Shown here one piece after another: positions 38,383 through 47,871 of a stretch of 64,000 nt of DNA. This DNA is from Candidatus Aenigmatarchaeota archaeon. Lineage in GTDB: Archaea > Aenigmatarchaeota > Aenigmatarchaeia > PWEA01. The notes beneath the pieces are model-generated. The model did not search any database. It had not been told where the DNA came from and was given only the letters and a program-made list of their open reading frames with translations. The position numbers were made by a program, and so were the translations under genes. The stretch is taken from contig JBKHHD010000001.1 of the NCBI GenBank assembly GCA_046539325.1, forward strand, positions 1 through 64,000, written 5' to 3'. The stretch's first letter is position 1, and the number at the start of each line of letters is the position of its first letter.

Positions 38383-39300
38383 TCAGATCTCTTCTCTGAA
38401 CTGACAGGCCTTACAGACGTCACCACTGGTTATTTCTCCACACTCCTCGCAACTTCTAACCGAAGGTTCGTCCTCTGAAAACTTATCCTTTAGAAGAGGA
38501 AGTAGTTTGTCGAAGGCACGAAGAGCTGTAAACTTTGTCGAAGGTCTCTTCCTCTCCATTTCATTGAGAAAGTCTCTGACATCAAAGCGCAGACTGTCCT
38601 CAACGTAAGGACATTCCGTCTGGTGTAGCTCCAAGTTTCTTAGCCTGCCGTAAAGGGCTATTTCCTTCTCGGGAGTTTCACGAAACGGCTTTACCCTCGG
38701 CACAAACTTCTCGTCATCGATTACAGCAGGCTTGGCACCAAGCCTTACCATCCTTTTCATATTACCCTTGAGGTAGTTCATGAAGACGCTTTGGAGCTCA
38801 TCGTCCATGTTGTGAGCTGTAGCTAGCTTATCTGCTCCGATCTCTCTGCTCTTCTTATTCAGGAGCCAGCGCCTCAGTACGCCGCAGTAAGTACATCCAT
38901 GGTTTTTGTCCTTCATGACATCATCCAAGGTCTTTCCAAACTCCTCCCTGAAGGAAGCTATATGGAGCTCCACGTCCAGTTCATTGCAAAGCTCCTCCGC
39001 TATCTCTATACTTTCGTCCCTGTAGTTATCTATGCCTTCGTCTATCGTAAGAGCTGTAAGCTCCGCATTCCTCCAGTCCTCGAAAAGTTCTGTGAGGAAA
39101 AGTAACAGTGCGGAGGAGTCCATGCCACCGGAGAGAGCAACGCACACCTTGTCATCGTTCTCAAAGAGCTCGTTCTCCCTTATTGTGTCTTTGACCAGCG
39201 ACTCAAACTGTTCCTTAAAATGTTCGGAGCACCAGGACTTCCCTTCGTACTTTCTGTGAATAACTGCTGTGTCTCCGCATTTCCAACATTCAGAGCTCAA
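38383..39300 (-). CDS. ttuA: tRNA 2-thiolation protein (TtuA/Ncs6 family)
   Basis: CxxC...CxxH, SGGMDS PP-loop, CTYCGVLRR, TAHNMDD, CPY, C-terminal CxxC..CxxC; probable TTG start at 39300. Confidence 0.92.
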   Translation of the reverse strand: MSSECWKCGDTAVIHRKYEGKSWCSEHFKEQFESLVKDTIRENELFENDDKVCVALSGGMDSSALLLFLTELFEDWRNAELTALTIDEGIDNYRDESIEIAEELCNELDVELHIASFREEFGKTLDDVMKDKNHGCTYCGVLRRWLLNKKSREIGADKLATAHNMDDELQSVFMNYLKGNMKRMVRLGAKPAVIDDEKFVPRVKPFRETPEKEIALYGRLRNLELHQTECPYVEDSLRFDVRDFLNEMERKRPSTKFTALRAFDKLLPLLKDKFSEDEPSVRSCEECGEITSGDVCKACQFREEI

Positions 39301-39304
39301 GCTT

Positions 39305-39511
39305 TCAGCCCCCCGAAACCACATTTATCAGACGTATTTTATCGTCACCTTCCAGCTTCTCTTCTAATGAAACCACTTCCTCGTCCTTCTCGACTATAAC
39401 TGTTTCAGGATTTACATCTATTTTATCAAATATATCCCGGACTCTGTCGTCTTCTCTTAGCTTCAGTTCTTCTTCATTATCTTCCCAGGAAACCTTCACA
39501 GACATACCCAA
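39305..39511 (-). CDS. Ubiquitin-like sulfur carrier (SAMP2/TtuB/ThiS-MoaD family)
   Basis: 68 aa ending VSGG, directly upstream of ttuA. Confidence 0.92.
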   Translation of the reverse strand: MGMSVKVSWEDNEEELKLREDDRVRDIFDKIDVNPETVIVEKDEEVVSLEEKLEGDDKIRLINVVSGG

Positions 39512-39547
39512 AAACTGTTCCGTTCAGACTTAAATAGGTTGAGATGT

Positions 39548-40219
39548 TCAGAAACGAACTGTCCAGTATATGGTAGAAGCGAAAGGAGAAAGAAAATCTA
39601 CAGTTTTCTTGTCGGCCTGGTTAAGTCTCTTCGCAAAGCCGTGTGGCATCACCTGATATATACCATAGGGCACAAGGAAATGTGAGTCGTATTCAACGTT
39701 CTTGACGAAGTTCAGGTCCTCTATGATCTTTTTCAGGTAAGAGGTTCTGAAAAGGTAGCTCCTCTGCGGCAGATACCACTGATACGTTGCTCTTAGACTC
39801 ATAGGATTTAAGCTCTCAAAGACAAACTTCCCGCTGGTAACTCTCTCGACTTCTTTGAGGAATTTCGGAACTTGCTTAGGACGTAGCAAATGCAAGAAGC
39901 GCATGCTTGTAGATATGTCGAATGATTTGTCCTTGAAGGGTAAGTTTAACGCGTCGCCTACAAGGTAGTCGGCCCTTCCAGGCTTCAGCATCTCCATGCT
40001 GGCATCAAGGCCTGTTACCTCTCCACCGGTAGCTTCCATCGCCTCTGCAAACCTTCCGGTTCCTGTAGCTATATCCAGAACTTTCTTGTCTTCGGGATCA
40101 ACTAACTCGAGGAGCTTCTCTATTTCCTCTCTGTTGAGTACCTTTCCGCCATGTGTAAACCTTTTATCATACCTGGATGCGACCTCCTCCCTGCGATACC
40201 ACTCCTGTCCAAGCTTCAT
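39548..40219 (-). CDS. Class I SAM-dependent methyltransferase
   Basis: VLDIATGTGR, GLDAS..ML, GDALNLPF...FD. Confidence 0.9.
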   Translation of the reverse strand: MKLGQEWYRREEVASRYDKRFTHGGKVLNREEIEKLLELVDPEDKKVLDIATGTGRFAEAMEATGGEVTGLDASMEMLKPGRADYLVGDALNLPFKDKSFDISTSMRFLHLLRPKQVPKFLKEVERVTSGKFVFESLNPMSLRATYQWYLPQRSYLFRTSYLKKIIEDLNFVKNVEYDSHFLVPYGIYQVMPHGFAKRLNQADKKTVDFLSPFASTIYWTVRF

Positions 40220-40253
40220 AAGGTATTTATATTGCTATGGCTAACTTAAAAAT

Positions 40254-41150
40254 ATGGGTAAGATGAAGGGTTCAGATAAAGCCAAGAATCCCAAGATCCC
40301 TGAGTCGGAGGTAAAGAGGGCTGTGGAGGAAAGCTACCTTAGCAACACAATTTCACAGAACTCCGACTGCGAAAACGCTCACTTCAGCAGTGTAATAAAA
40401 GAGATAGATGGAGAAGATGAAGAAACTTACCTCGTAAAGATAAGGCCGCCCCTTTTCTCTATATACGGACTTCTCAGTAACCTTTCAAGGGCATTTTCCG
40501 GTATAAATAACACAAAAATAATGGACAATGAGAAGTGGGTAAGAAGAGAGGTCGAACATTTTAAGGAACTCTACCCTGAGATGGTCGCCGATGATGTAGA
40601 TCTTGAAAACGCCTTCCTCATGGAGAAGATAGACGGAGAAGTAGCGAGCAGGGTTCTCTCCTCAGTCCACGTCGATCCGGAGGAAAAGGTAGAAGTAATA
40701 CGTGAGATGACAAAGGCTTTGAAGCTCCTGCATGAGAAAGATAGATTTCACGGTGAGCCCAACACGGAAAACTGCATAATAGGCGACGACGGTGACGTTT
40801 ACTGGATAGATTTTGAGACAGAGTACGATGAAAGCCTTAAAGAAGAAGAAAAGAGGGCGAAGGACCTGGAGCAGCTTATGCTTTCCGTCCTTGGAGCCTT
40901 TAACGAAGAGGGCGAAGTAGGCATGGATGATAAAGAAATAATTGAGAAAATTCTTGAGGTCTACGATGACGAAGAAATAATTTCTGTTGTAGAGAACGAC
41001 CCAAGTCTACCTCTCATAGGACCACACAGAGTCTATCAGTTTTCCTGTAACTCAGTAATGAGGTTTTACAGAGCGCAAAAGAACATTATGGACTACTTCG
41101 ATGATACTGAGAAACTGGATCTGGAAGACATATTCAGCTTTTCCTCCTGA
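40254..41150 (+). CDS. Protein-kinase-like fold protein (Bud32/Kdo-kinase-like)
   Basis: LVK, MEKIDG, LH...HGEPNTEN, WIDFE, KDL. Confidence 0.7.
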   Translation: MGKMKGSDKAKNPKIPESEVKRAVEESYLSNTISQNSDCENAHFSSVIKEIDGEDEETYLVKIRPPLFSIYGLLSNLSRAFSGINNTKIMDNEKWVRREVEHFKELYPEMVADDVDLENAFLMEKIDGEVASRVLSSVHVDPEEKVEVIREMTKALKLLHEKDRFHGEPNTENCIIGDDGDVYWIDFETEYDESLKEEEKRAKDLEQLMLSVLGAFNEEGEVGMDDKEIIEKILEVYDDEEIISVVENDPSLPLIGPHRVYQFSCNSVMRFYRAQKNIMDYFDDTEKLDLEDIFSFSS

Positions 41151-41199
41151 CATTTTCCTTCAAAAGTTATTTATACCAAGCCTGACTTTAATTTAAGCT

Positions 41200-41754
41200 A
41201 TGTTGGACGAAAAGCGAGCTTATGAAAAGGTAAAGGAAAACGTCGACACGGAAAACCTTAGGAAGCATATGTATGCTGTTTCTGCAATAATGGAAAGACT
41301 CGCTGAGGAGTTCGGTGAGGATGAGGAAAAGTGGAAACTCGTAGGTCTTCTCCATGACGTTGACTACGAAGAAACAAAGGACAATCCCGAAGAGCACGCT
41401 CTGAAGTCGGCTGAGATGCTTGAGGAAGATCTACCCGAGGACTGCCTCCGTGCGATAAAGGCTCATAACTCTATGCACACGGAAGTAGAACCTGAAAGCA
41501 AGATGTCGAACTCTCTTATAGCTGCCGATGCAATCTCAGGTCTGATTGTGGCTACAGCACTCGTCATGCCTAACTCGACGCTGGAGGAGGTCCGTGTCGA
41601 ATCGGTTATGAAGAAGATGGATGACAGCTCCTTCGCGAAGAACATAGACAGGGACAGAATACGTTACTGCGAAAAAATAGGCCTGGAGTTGGAGGAGTTC
41701 GTAGAACTTTCACTGGAAGCGATGGAAGATATTCACGGTAAGCTAGGGTTATAA
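41200..41754 (+). CDS. HD-domain (HDIG) phosphohydrolase
   Basis: [14 protein letters not shown]...[12 protein letters not shown]. Confidence 0.9.
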   Translation: MLDEKRAYEKVKENVDTENLRKHMYAVSAIMERLAEEFGEDEEKWKLVGLLHDVDYEETKDNPEEHALKSAEMLEEDLPEDCLRAIKAHNSMHTEVEPESKMSNSLIAADAISGLIVATALVMPNSTLEEVRVESVMKKMDDSSFAKNIDRDRIRYCEKIGLELEEFVELSLEAMEDIHGKLGL

Positions 41755-41758
41755 GGCC

Positions 41759-41893
41759 TCAACCTTGGACCTTACCTCTACAGAGCTTGCAGCCTTCTTC
41801 AAGGACGCAGTCCGAACAAACCAAGGCGCCACAAAAAGAACAGTTACGGAGCGCTTCGCTTTTCTTACCACACGACTGGCAGATTCCGGTCAT
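41759..41893 (-). CDS. 44-aa Cys-rich zinc-finger microprotein (four CxxC)
   Basis: Hand translation MTGICQSCGKKSEALRNCSFCGALVCSDCVLEEGCKLCRGKVQG; ATG lies 1 nt after the stop of 41895..42383 and the ORF fills the gap. Confidence 0.82.
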   Translation of the reverse strand: MTGICQSCGKKSEALRNCSFCGALVCSDCVLEEGCKLCRGKVQG

Positions 41894-41894
41894 A

Positions 41895-42383
41895 TTAATC
41901 CTTTGGTATCTCAACCTCAGAGAGCTTATCCACGTAGCTTTCCAGCCTCCTCATCTGTCTGTTCAGAGTAGTTAGACCTTCTAGAATGCCTTCCGACTCC
42001 TCGGAGCCGATCTCTTCTAGCTTTCCTTCGTATTCCCCAAGACTTTCTATGGTTCCTGCTATGGTCTTCTGGAGCTGTATAACTATAGCCTGCTTAAGCC
42101 CTTCTAGTATATCGCCTTCCATCTTAACGTAGAGCTTTCTGTCTCCTTTCTTCTTAACCTTCTCAATTATACCAAGTACTTCAAGGAGATCAAGAGAAAG
42201 AGAAATGGAAGAAGAGCTGTATCCTGTTTCTTCGGAAAGCTCCTGAAGTGACATTTCGTCTCCATCCATTATGAGTGCAGCTATTATCCTCCCATGGATC
42301 TCGTCGTAGCCTATTGAAGAGGCTGTATTAGAGAAGGAGGAATAGATCTCATCCTTTATTTCCTCGATATCCTTTTCTCCCAT
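41895..42383 (-). CDS. GbsR/MarR-like winged-helix regulator
   Basis: GRIIAAL...MSLQELSEETGYSSSSIS..L..L...G..EKVKKKGDRKLY. Confidence 0.85.
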   Translation of the reverse strand: MGEKDIEEIKDEIYSSFSNTASSIGYDEIHGRIIAALIMDGDEMSLQELSEETGYSSSSISLSLDLLEVLGIIEKVKKKGDRKLYVKMEGDILEGLKQAIVIQLQKTIAGTIESLGEYEGKLEEIGSEESEGILEGLTTLNRQMRRLESYVDKLSEVEIPKD

Positions 42384-42476
42384 CCTACCGTTCTAAAATT
42401 CTCGGTCATCATTTTTAAGCTTTCGAAACTAAGAAAAGTTAAAAGAGCACGTGAACAATAAACAAAAGGTGTAAAG

Positions 42477-42623
42477 ATGACAGGAGAAGAATTTATTAAT
42501 ATGGAGTTTTTCGCACTACTGTTTCAGGGAATAGTTGCTTTCCTTGTGATACTCTTCCTTATAGTGCTGACCTACGTCATCTACAGACATTTCAGGAAGA
42601 AAGGAGAGAAGGAACAGAAGTAG
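42477..42623 (+). CDS. 48-aa single-TM microprotein
   Basis: Hand translation MTGEEFINMEFFALLFQGIVAFLVILFLIVLTYVIYRHFRKKGEKEQK; AGGTG SD. Confidence 0.7.
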   Translation: MTGEEFINMEFFALLFQGIVAFLVILFLIVLTYVIYRHFRKKGEKEQK

Positions 42624-42691
42624 ATTTAAACAGGTCTTAAACAGCCGCCCACGCAGATTTTATAAACCTCTGAGACTTATTCTTACTGAGC

Positions 42692-44611
42692 ATGACCAAT
42701 AAAAACAAGTTTTACATTACGACTGCAATCGATTACATAAACGGTCCACCACACATAGGCCATGCTTTTGAAAAGATAATCGCAGACGCTATTGCCAGAT
42801 ATCATAGGCTTAAGGGTGACGATACATTTTATCTGACAGGAACGGACGAGCACGGAAAGAAGAACTACGAAACGGCAAAGGAAAAGGACCTGGAACCCAG
42901 GGAGTTCGTCGACAAGATGGCACCAAAGTTCAAGGAGCTGGAAGACATTCTAAACCTTTCCCTCGACAACTTCATAAGGACTTCTGACAAAGAGGTTCAT
43001 TACCCCACTGTCAAAGATATCTGGAAGAGGTTGGAAGAGAACGGAGATATCTACAAGAAGGAATACGAGGGTCTGTACTGCTCGGGCTGTGAGAGCTTCG
43101 TCAAGGAAAGAGATCTGGTGGATGGGAAATGTCCTGACCACGACAAAGAGCCGGAACTGGTCAGCGAGGAAAACTATTTTTTCAGGTTGTCTAAATATTC
43201 CGAAAGGGTCAAGGAGCTTATAGAAAGCGGAGAAATGGAGGTTTACCCAGAGACGAGAAGAAATGAAGTTTTGGAGATGATAAACGACGGACCCGACGAC
43301 GTAAGCTTCTCGAGGGAGAAGGAGAGCCTTCCCTGGGGTATAAATGTTCCAGGTGATGAATCACAGGTTATGTATGTTTGGTGTGATGCGCTCACGAACT
43401 ACCTTTCCGGCATCGGGTACAGCACCGATAGAGAAAGGTTTGAAAGGTACTGGCCAGCAGATATCCACCTCATAGGCAAGGACATCCACAAGTTCCATGC
43501 GCTTATATGGCCTGCCATACTTCTCTCGGCTGGCATAGAACCTCCTGAGATGATACTGATACACGGATTCTTTACAGTCGGAGGCAGGAAGATGTCCAAG
43601 AGCCTTGGAAACGTGATCCGCCCCGACGAAGAAGTGAAGAAGTTCGGTGTGGATCCAACGAGATACTCCTTACTTACTGCAATACCTACCCTTGAAGATG
43701 GTGATTTTTCCGAGAAAATACTTGTAGAAAAACTAAATTCTGAACTGGCAGACAATTTAGGAAACTTCGTCAACAGATCCCTTAAGTTCACAAGAGACAA
43801 TTTTGATGGGATACCTAATATAGATGGACTGAAAGGAAATGACAAGGAGCTTTTTGATGAGGTAGTCTCAAAGATAGATGAAATTGAAGCGGAGATGGAA
43901 GAGACCTTTAATCTTCACAGGGCTTTGAAAAAAGTGATGGAAATTTCATCTCTTGCGAATGGATATTTCCAGGAAAAGAAACCCTGGGAATCCATAAAGG
44001 ACGATGAACAAGACTGTAAAAGAACAGTTTATCTCTGTGCCAACATCGTCAAGTCTCTGGCAATAGTATCGGAGCCTTTTATGCCGGATACGGCAGAGAA
44101 GATATGGGATTATCTAAATCAGGACACGGATATACATCAAGAGGACTGGGACAAGGCCAAGGAACTGGGTCTCGGTGGACAGGATATAAAAGACCCAGAA
44201 CCGCTTTTTGAAAAGATAGATAAAGATGAAATAACAGATTTTGATGAAGAAAAAGCTAAAAACAAAAAACCAGGAGGTGAACAAAATATGATTAGCTTCG
44301 ATGAGTTTAAGGAACTTGACATTAGGATTGGTGAGATAAAAACCGTAGAGGAGATCGAAGGCTCGGACAACCTACTGAAGTTTGAGATAGACGTGGGTGA
44401 CGAAACAAAGCAGTCGGTAGGCGGTCTTAAGGGACATTACACAGCAGAGGATCTTGTAGGGAGAAAGGTACCTGTACTTGTCAACCTCGAGCCCTCGGAA
44501 CTTATGGGCGTCAAGAGCGAGTGTATGATTCTCGCTGCTGTAGTTGGTAACAAGGAGCCTGTGCTTCTTGAGCCAGAAAGAGATCTAGAAGCTGGAACAG
44601 GAGTCGCATAG
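42692..44611 (+). CDS. metG: Methionyl-tRNA synthetase with C-terminal tRNA-binding OB domain
   Basis: ITTAIDY.NGPPHIGH, GTDEHG, zinc knuckle, YVWCDAL, KMSKS, C-terminal Trbp111-like domain. Confidence 0.97.
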   Translation: MTNKNKFYITTAIDYINGPPHIGHAFEKIIADAIARYHRLKGDDTFYLTGTDEHGKKNYETAKEKDLEPREFVDKMAPKFKELEDILNLSLDNFIRTSDKEVHYPTVKDIWKRLEENGDIYKKEYEGLYCSGCESFVKERDLVDGKCPDHDKEPELVSEENYFFRLSKYSERVKELIESGEMEVYPETRRNEVLEMINDGPDDVSFSREKESLPWGINVPGDESQVMYVWCDALTNYLSGIGYSTDRERFERYWPADIHLIGKDIHKFHALIWPAILLSAGIEPPEMILIHGFFTVGGRKMSKSLGNVIRPDEEVKKFGVDPTRYSLLTAIPTLEDGDFSEKILVEKLNSELADNLGNFVNRSLKFTRDNFDGIPNIDGLKGNDKELFDEVVSKIDEIEAEMEETFNLHRALKKVMEISSLANGYFQEKKPWESIKDDEQDCKRTVYLCANIVKSLAIVSEPFMPDTAEKIWDYLNQDTDIHQEDWDKAKELGLGGQDIKDPEPLFEKIDKDEITDFDEEKAKNKKPGGEQNMISFDEFKELDIRIGEIKTVEEIEGSDNLLKFEIDVGDETKQSVGGLKGHYTAEDLVGRKVPVLVNLEPSELMGVKSECMILAAVVGNKEPVLLEPERDLEAGTGVA

Positions 44612-44634
44612 AAGCAAACAAACCAGCCTAATTT

Positions 44635-45693
44635 CTATTTATTCAGAAGCTTCTTCAGTTCGTATTCTCTTTCACCCAGTCCTATCTTTTCAGCATGTTT
44701 TACCTGCAGATCCGGACTTACCATCATCTCTTTAAGCATGAGTTTGGATTTGCCAACAAGGTCAAGGCTGGCCTGATCTATAGCCACCGGATCTTCTGAG
44801 ACGAGAACTCCTATATCCTCGGTCATCGAATTCTGTTTCTCGTTTACGCAATCACATTTCTTGGTTATGTTAAGAAGGAAGTTAACGAAGACTGAGTTTT
44901 TGTCCTTAAGAACGCCTAAGGCGTACTCTGCTATCCTTTTCTGAAGCTCTTTCCTGGAGGCAGAGGACCATGGTATCTTTACAGCTCCCTCAGGGCATAC
45001 TGCTATACATCCACCGCAGCCTATGCATTTTTCATGGTCTATGGAAGCGCTCTTCGAAGTTCGAGGAAGCTTGCTGGACTTTATACTGATTGCGCCCTCA
45101 GGGCAGTTTTCCACACATTTACCGCACGCTACACATTTCCTTCCATTGACCTTGAGCTCGAAGGTCTGGTGCATCTCCATCTTTCCGGCTTTACTTCCCA
45201 GGCCCATTCCAACGTTTTTCAGAGCGCCACCGAAGCCCGCGGCCAGGTGGCCCGTAAGATGCGAAACTACTAGCAGAGATCCGTAGTCCTCAAGAGCCTT
45301 TCCTATCTTGACGCTATCAAATATCTCTCCATCTATCTTCGCTTCCGTCTCCTCTCTCCCCTTCTCTCCATCAGCTATTACCATCGGAGCGAAGTCGAAG
45401 CCGTTGTCGCGAGCCACTTCCCTGTGGCTGGAGGCAAGGGCGCGGGGACTGTTGTAAAGAACCGTGCAGTCCATAAGGGCGCAGTCTTTGTTTCTTTCGT
45501 CCACGAAGCTGTATATAGGTTCTATCCAGTCGGGCTTCAGGTGTGTGTCGCTATTCCTCTCGCCGACGTGCAGCTTCAGAGCGACCCTTTCCTCTTCTGG
45601 CAGCTTATCCAGAAACGGCTTCAGTTTCTCCACGAGTTCTTCAGGATCTATAGAGTCAGCATCAGTCTCCCATAGATAGACTTCAGACATCAC
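44635..45693 (-). CDS. DUF362 family Fe-S protein with a 2[4Fe-4S] ferredoxin insert
   Basis: KLHVGE, SHLTGH..AGFGGALKNVGMG, two CxxCxxCxxxCP, CDC, DPVAIDQAS. Confidence 0.9.
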   Translation of the reverse strand: MMSEVYLWETDADSIDPEELVEKLKPFLDKLPEEERVALKLHVGERNSDTHLKPDWIEPIYSFVDERNKDCALMDCTVLYNSPRALASSHREVARDNGFDFAPMVIADGEKGREETEAKIDGEIFDSVKIGKALEDYGSLLVVSHLTGHLAAGFGGALKNVGMGLGSKAGKMEMHQTFELKVNGRKCVACGKCVENCPEGAISIKSSKLPRTSKSASIDHEKCIGCGGCIAVCPEGAVKIPWSSASRKELQKRIAEYALGVLKDKNSVFVNFLLNITKKCDCVNEKQNSMTEDIGVLVSEDPVAIDQASLDLVGKSKLMLKEMMVSPDLQVKHAEKIGLGEREYELKKLLNK

Positions 45694-45747
45694 GACACCT
45701 CATGTCAACCCTTTTTCGCGAACGTTTTTACGGTAGTAAAAAGGTTC

Positions 45748-45870
45748 TGGTGGGCCGGCCGTGATTTGAACACGGGTCTGAGCGCCCCGAACGCTCGATG
45801 CTAGTCCATTGTAGCGACGAAAGTCCTACAAATCGAAAGTGGAACTTTCGTGTGGCTACACCACCGGCCC
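45748..45870 (-). tRNA. tRNA-Pro(CGG) with encoded CCA and a 45-nt intron in the D-loop (45809-45853)
   Basis: Acceptor GGGCCGG/CCGGCCC-A-CCA; anticodon arm GAGCG-TTCGGGG-CGCTC; T arm CCGTG-TTCAAAT-CACGG. Removing the intron restores the D arm GTGT-AGCCTGGACTA-GCAT. Confidence 0.93.
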
Positions 45871-45963
45871 TCGGATTAAAACAGTTAAATGTATATTTAT
45901 TATGTTTGGTTTCAATTAGTTCTCCGAATCCATTTAAATTTCAAGCCACAAGACTCTTTTGAT

Positions 45964-47274
45964 ATGACAAAGATAGCCGTAATCTCAGACCTTCATCTTG
46001 GATTCAAGAAAGGGACGCAGAGAGAGGAAGACGTTTTCATCGCTGCGGAGAGAGCGTTGAAAAAGGCAGAGAGACTTGGCGCGGATGTTATAGTTCTTCC
46101 GGGAGATATATTCGATTCAAGGCTTCCAAGACCCGAGCACTGGTCCCGTTTCATGGAGATGCTCTCATCTCTGGAAGGAGAGAAAAACGTGGATGTTACA
46201 AGGCTTGAGGGAAAGGAGGAGGTTCCGGAAAGAGCCTTAGAAGGAATACCTATAATAGCTATACACGGAACGCACGAGAGAAGGGGGAAGGGCATGAAAA
46301 ATACTATAAAGGCATTGGAAGACTCAAAGTTCCTTGTACATCTCCACTGCAGCTCCATCGAACTAAAGGTAAACGGCGAGAAGATCGGGGTACATGGCAT
46401 GAGCGGAGTCCCGGAAAAATACTCCAAAGACGTTCTGAAGAAGTGGAATCCTGAACCCTTTGAAGACGCCTACAATATATTTATGCTCCATCAGGATCTG
46501 GAGCAGTACATATACAACCCTGTAAATCCTCCTTCCCTCGGCCTTGAAGACCTTCCGGAAGGTTTCGACCTTTACGTCTCAGGGCATATACACTGGAAGG
46601 AAGAAACGGAACTCAAAGGAAAGCCTTTTATAATTCCAGGAAGCCTCGTACCCACACAGCTTAAGAAGAAGGAAGCCGAAAGGTCAAAGGGTTTCTATCT
46701 TGTGGATACTGAGAAGAGAGAAGTTGACTTCGTTGAGATCGATCCACCCAGGGAGTTCATATACAAGGAGCTGGAGTTTGAAGGGAAAGGAACAAAGGAA
46801 ATAGAGGAAGATGTTCTTTCTGCTTTAGAGAAAACAGAGATAGAGAACTATGAAACAAATCCGCTCGTTCGGGTAAAGATAAAAGGAAAGTTACCGAAGG
46901 GCGTCAGCTCAAGCGACCTCGATCTTTCAAGCATAAAGGAAAAATACGACGACAAAACCATAATAAGCTTTTCAGAAGATCTACAGGAAAAGGGCATAGA
47001 AGAGAAGGTACAGACGCTTCAGGACCTCAGGGAGGAGAAGCTTTCTGTGGACGAAATGGGCATGAAGATTCTCAGGGAGAAAGTAAAGGAAGTAGAAGCA
47101 GGTATAGAACCGGATGTTGTCTTTGAAAATCTTGTAGAAGGCGATCTTGATGACGCTCTGGAAAAGATCAAGGATATGGACGTTGAACATGGAGAAGAGG
47201 GGGCGAAAAAAGAGGGAGACAAAAAAGAAGAGGGCAGCGAGGATACAGGCAAAGGAAACTGGTGGGAGAAATAG
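45964..47274 (+). CDS. mre11: Mre11 nuclease
   Basis: Start moved to ATG 45964; SDLHLG, GDIFD, HGTHE, LHQ, GHIH, PGSL; upstream of rad50. Confidence 0.92.
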   Translation: MTKIAVISDLHLGFKKGTQREEDVFIAAERALKKAERLGADVIVLPGDIFDSRLPRPEHWSRFMEMLSSLEGEKNVDVTRLEGKEEVPERALEGIPIIAIHGTHERRGKGMKNTIKALEDSKFLVHLHCSSIELKVNGEKIGVHGMSGVPEKYSKDVLKKWNPEPFEDAYNIFMLHQDLEQYIYNPVNPPSLGLEDLPEGFDLYVSGHIHWKEETELKGKPFIIPGSLVPTQLKKKEAERSKGFYLVDTEKREVDFVEIDPPREFIYKELEFEGKGTKEIEEDVLSALEKTEIENYETNPLVRVKIKGKLPKGVSSSDLDLSSIKEKYDDKTIISFSEDLQEKGIEEKVQTLQDLREEKLSVDEMGMKILREKVKEVEAGIEPDVVFENLVEGDLDDALEKIKDMDVEHGEEGAKKEGDKKEEGSEDTGKGNWWEK

Positions 47275-47353
47275 TATAAAGTTTTAAATTCTTCCGGGAA
47301 GAGTTGTATGTGAAAAGTTGGTGTAAATATAAAATAAGTTAAGAGGTGAGAAT

Positions 47354-47857
47354 ATTAGAAAGACTTCTTTTGAAAATCAGAGGGTAGGCATATTTGTCGA
47401 TATTCAAAACATGTACTACTCTGCTAAGAACCTTTACGACAGCAAGGTGGACTACTCGTCCCTTATAGAAGTAGCGACCGACGACAGGGAGCTTATAAGA
47501 GCTCTAGCTTACGTTATCAAGGCAGAGACTCCTGACGAGGAAAACTTCTTTGAGGCTTTAGGCGAGATAGGATTCCAGGTGAAGAGGAAAGACCTCAAGG
47601 AGTTCCGCGGTGGAAACAAGAAGGGGGACTGGGACATGGGCATAGCAATCGACGCTATAAAGATGACAGATAGGATAGATGTGGCTGTGCTCGTTACAGG
47701 CGATGGAGACTTCCGTTCCCTGGTAGAACACCTGAAGTCGGAAGGTGTACAGGTCGAGGTAATGTCCTTTGGAAAGTCGACAGCCGGTGAACTTGTTGAG
47801 TCGGCAGACGTATTCCTTAATATGGACAAGAAAAAGGACCTGTATCTCATGGACTGA
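47354..47857 (+). CDS. NYN/LabA-DUF88 PIN-like nuclease; probable ATT start
   Basis: RVGIFVDIQN lies in frame upstream of the first ATG (47411); KGDWDMGIAID, TGDGDF, ADVF; GAGGTGA SD at 47343-47349. Confidence 0.85.
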   Translation: MRKTSFENQRVGIFVDIQNMYYSAKNLYDSKVDYSSLIEVATDDRELIRALAYVIKAETPDEENFFEALGEIGFQVKRKDLKEFRGGNKKGDWDMGIAIDAIKMTDRIDVAVLVTGDGDFRSLVEHLKSEGVQVEVMSFGKSTAGELVESADVFLNMDKKKDLYLMD

Positions 47858-47871
47858 AATTCTGAGCAAAG

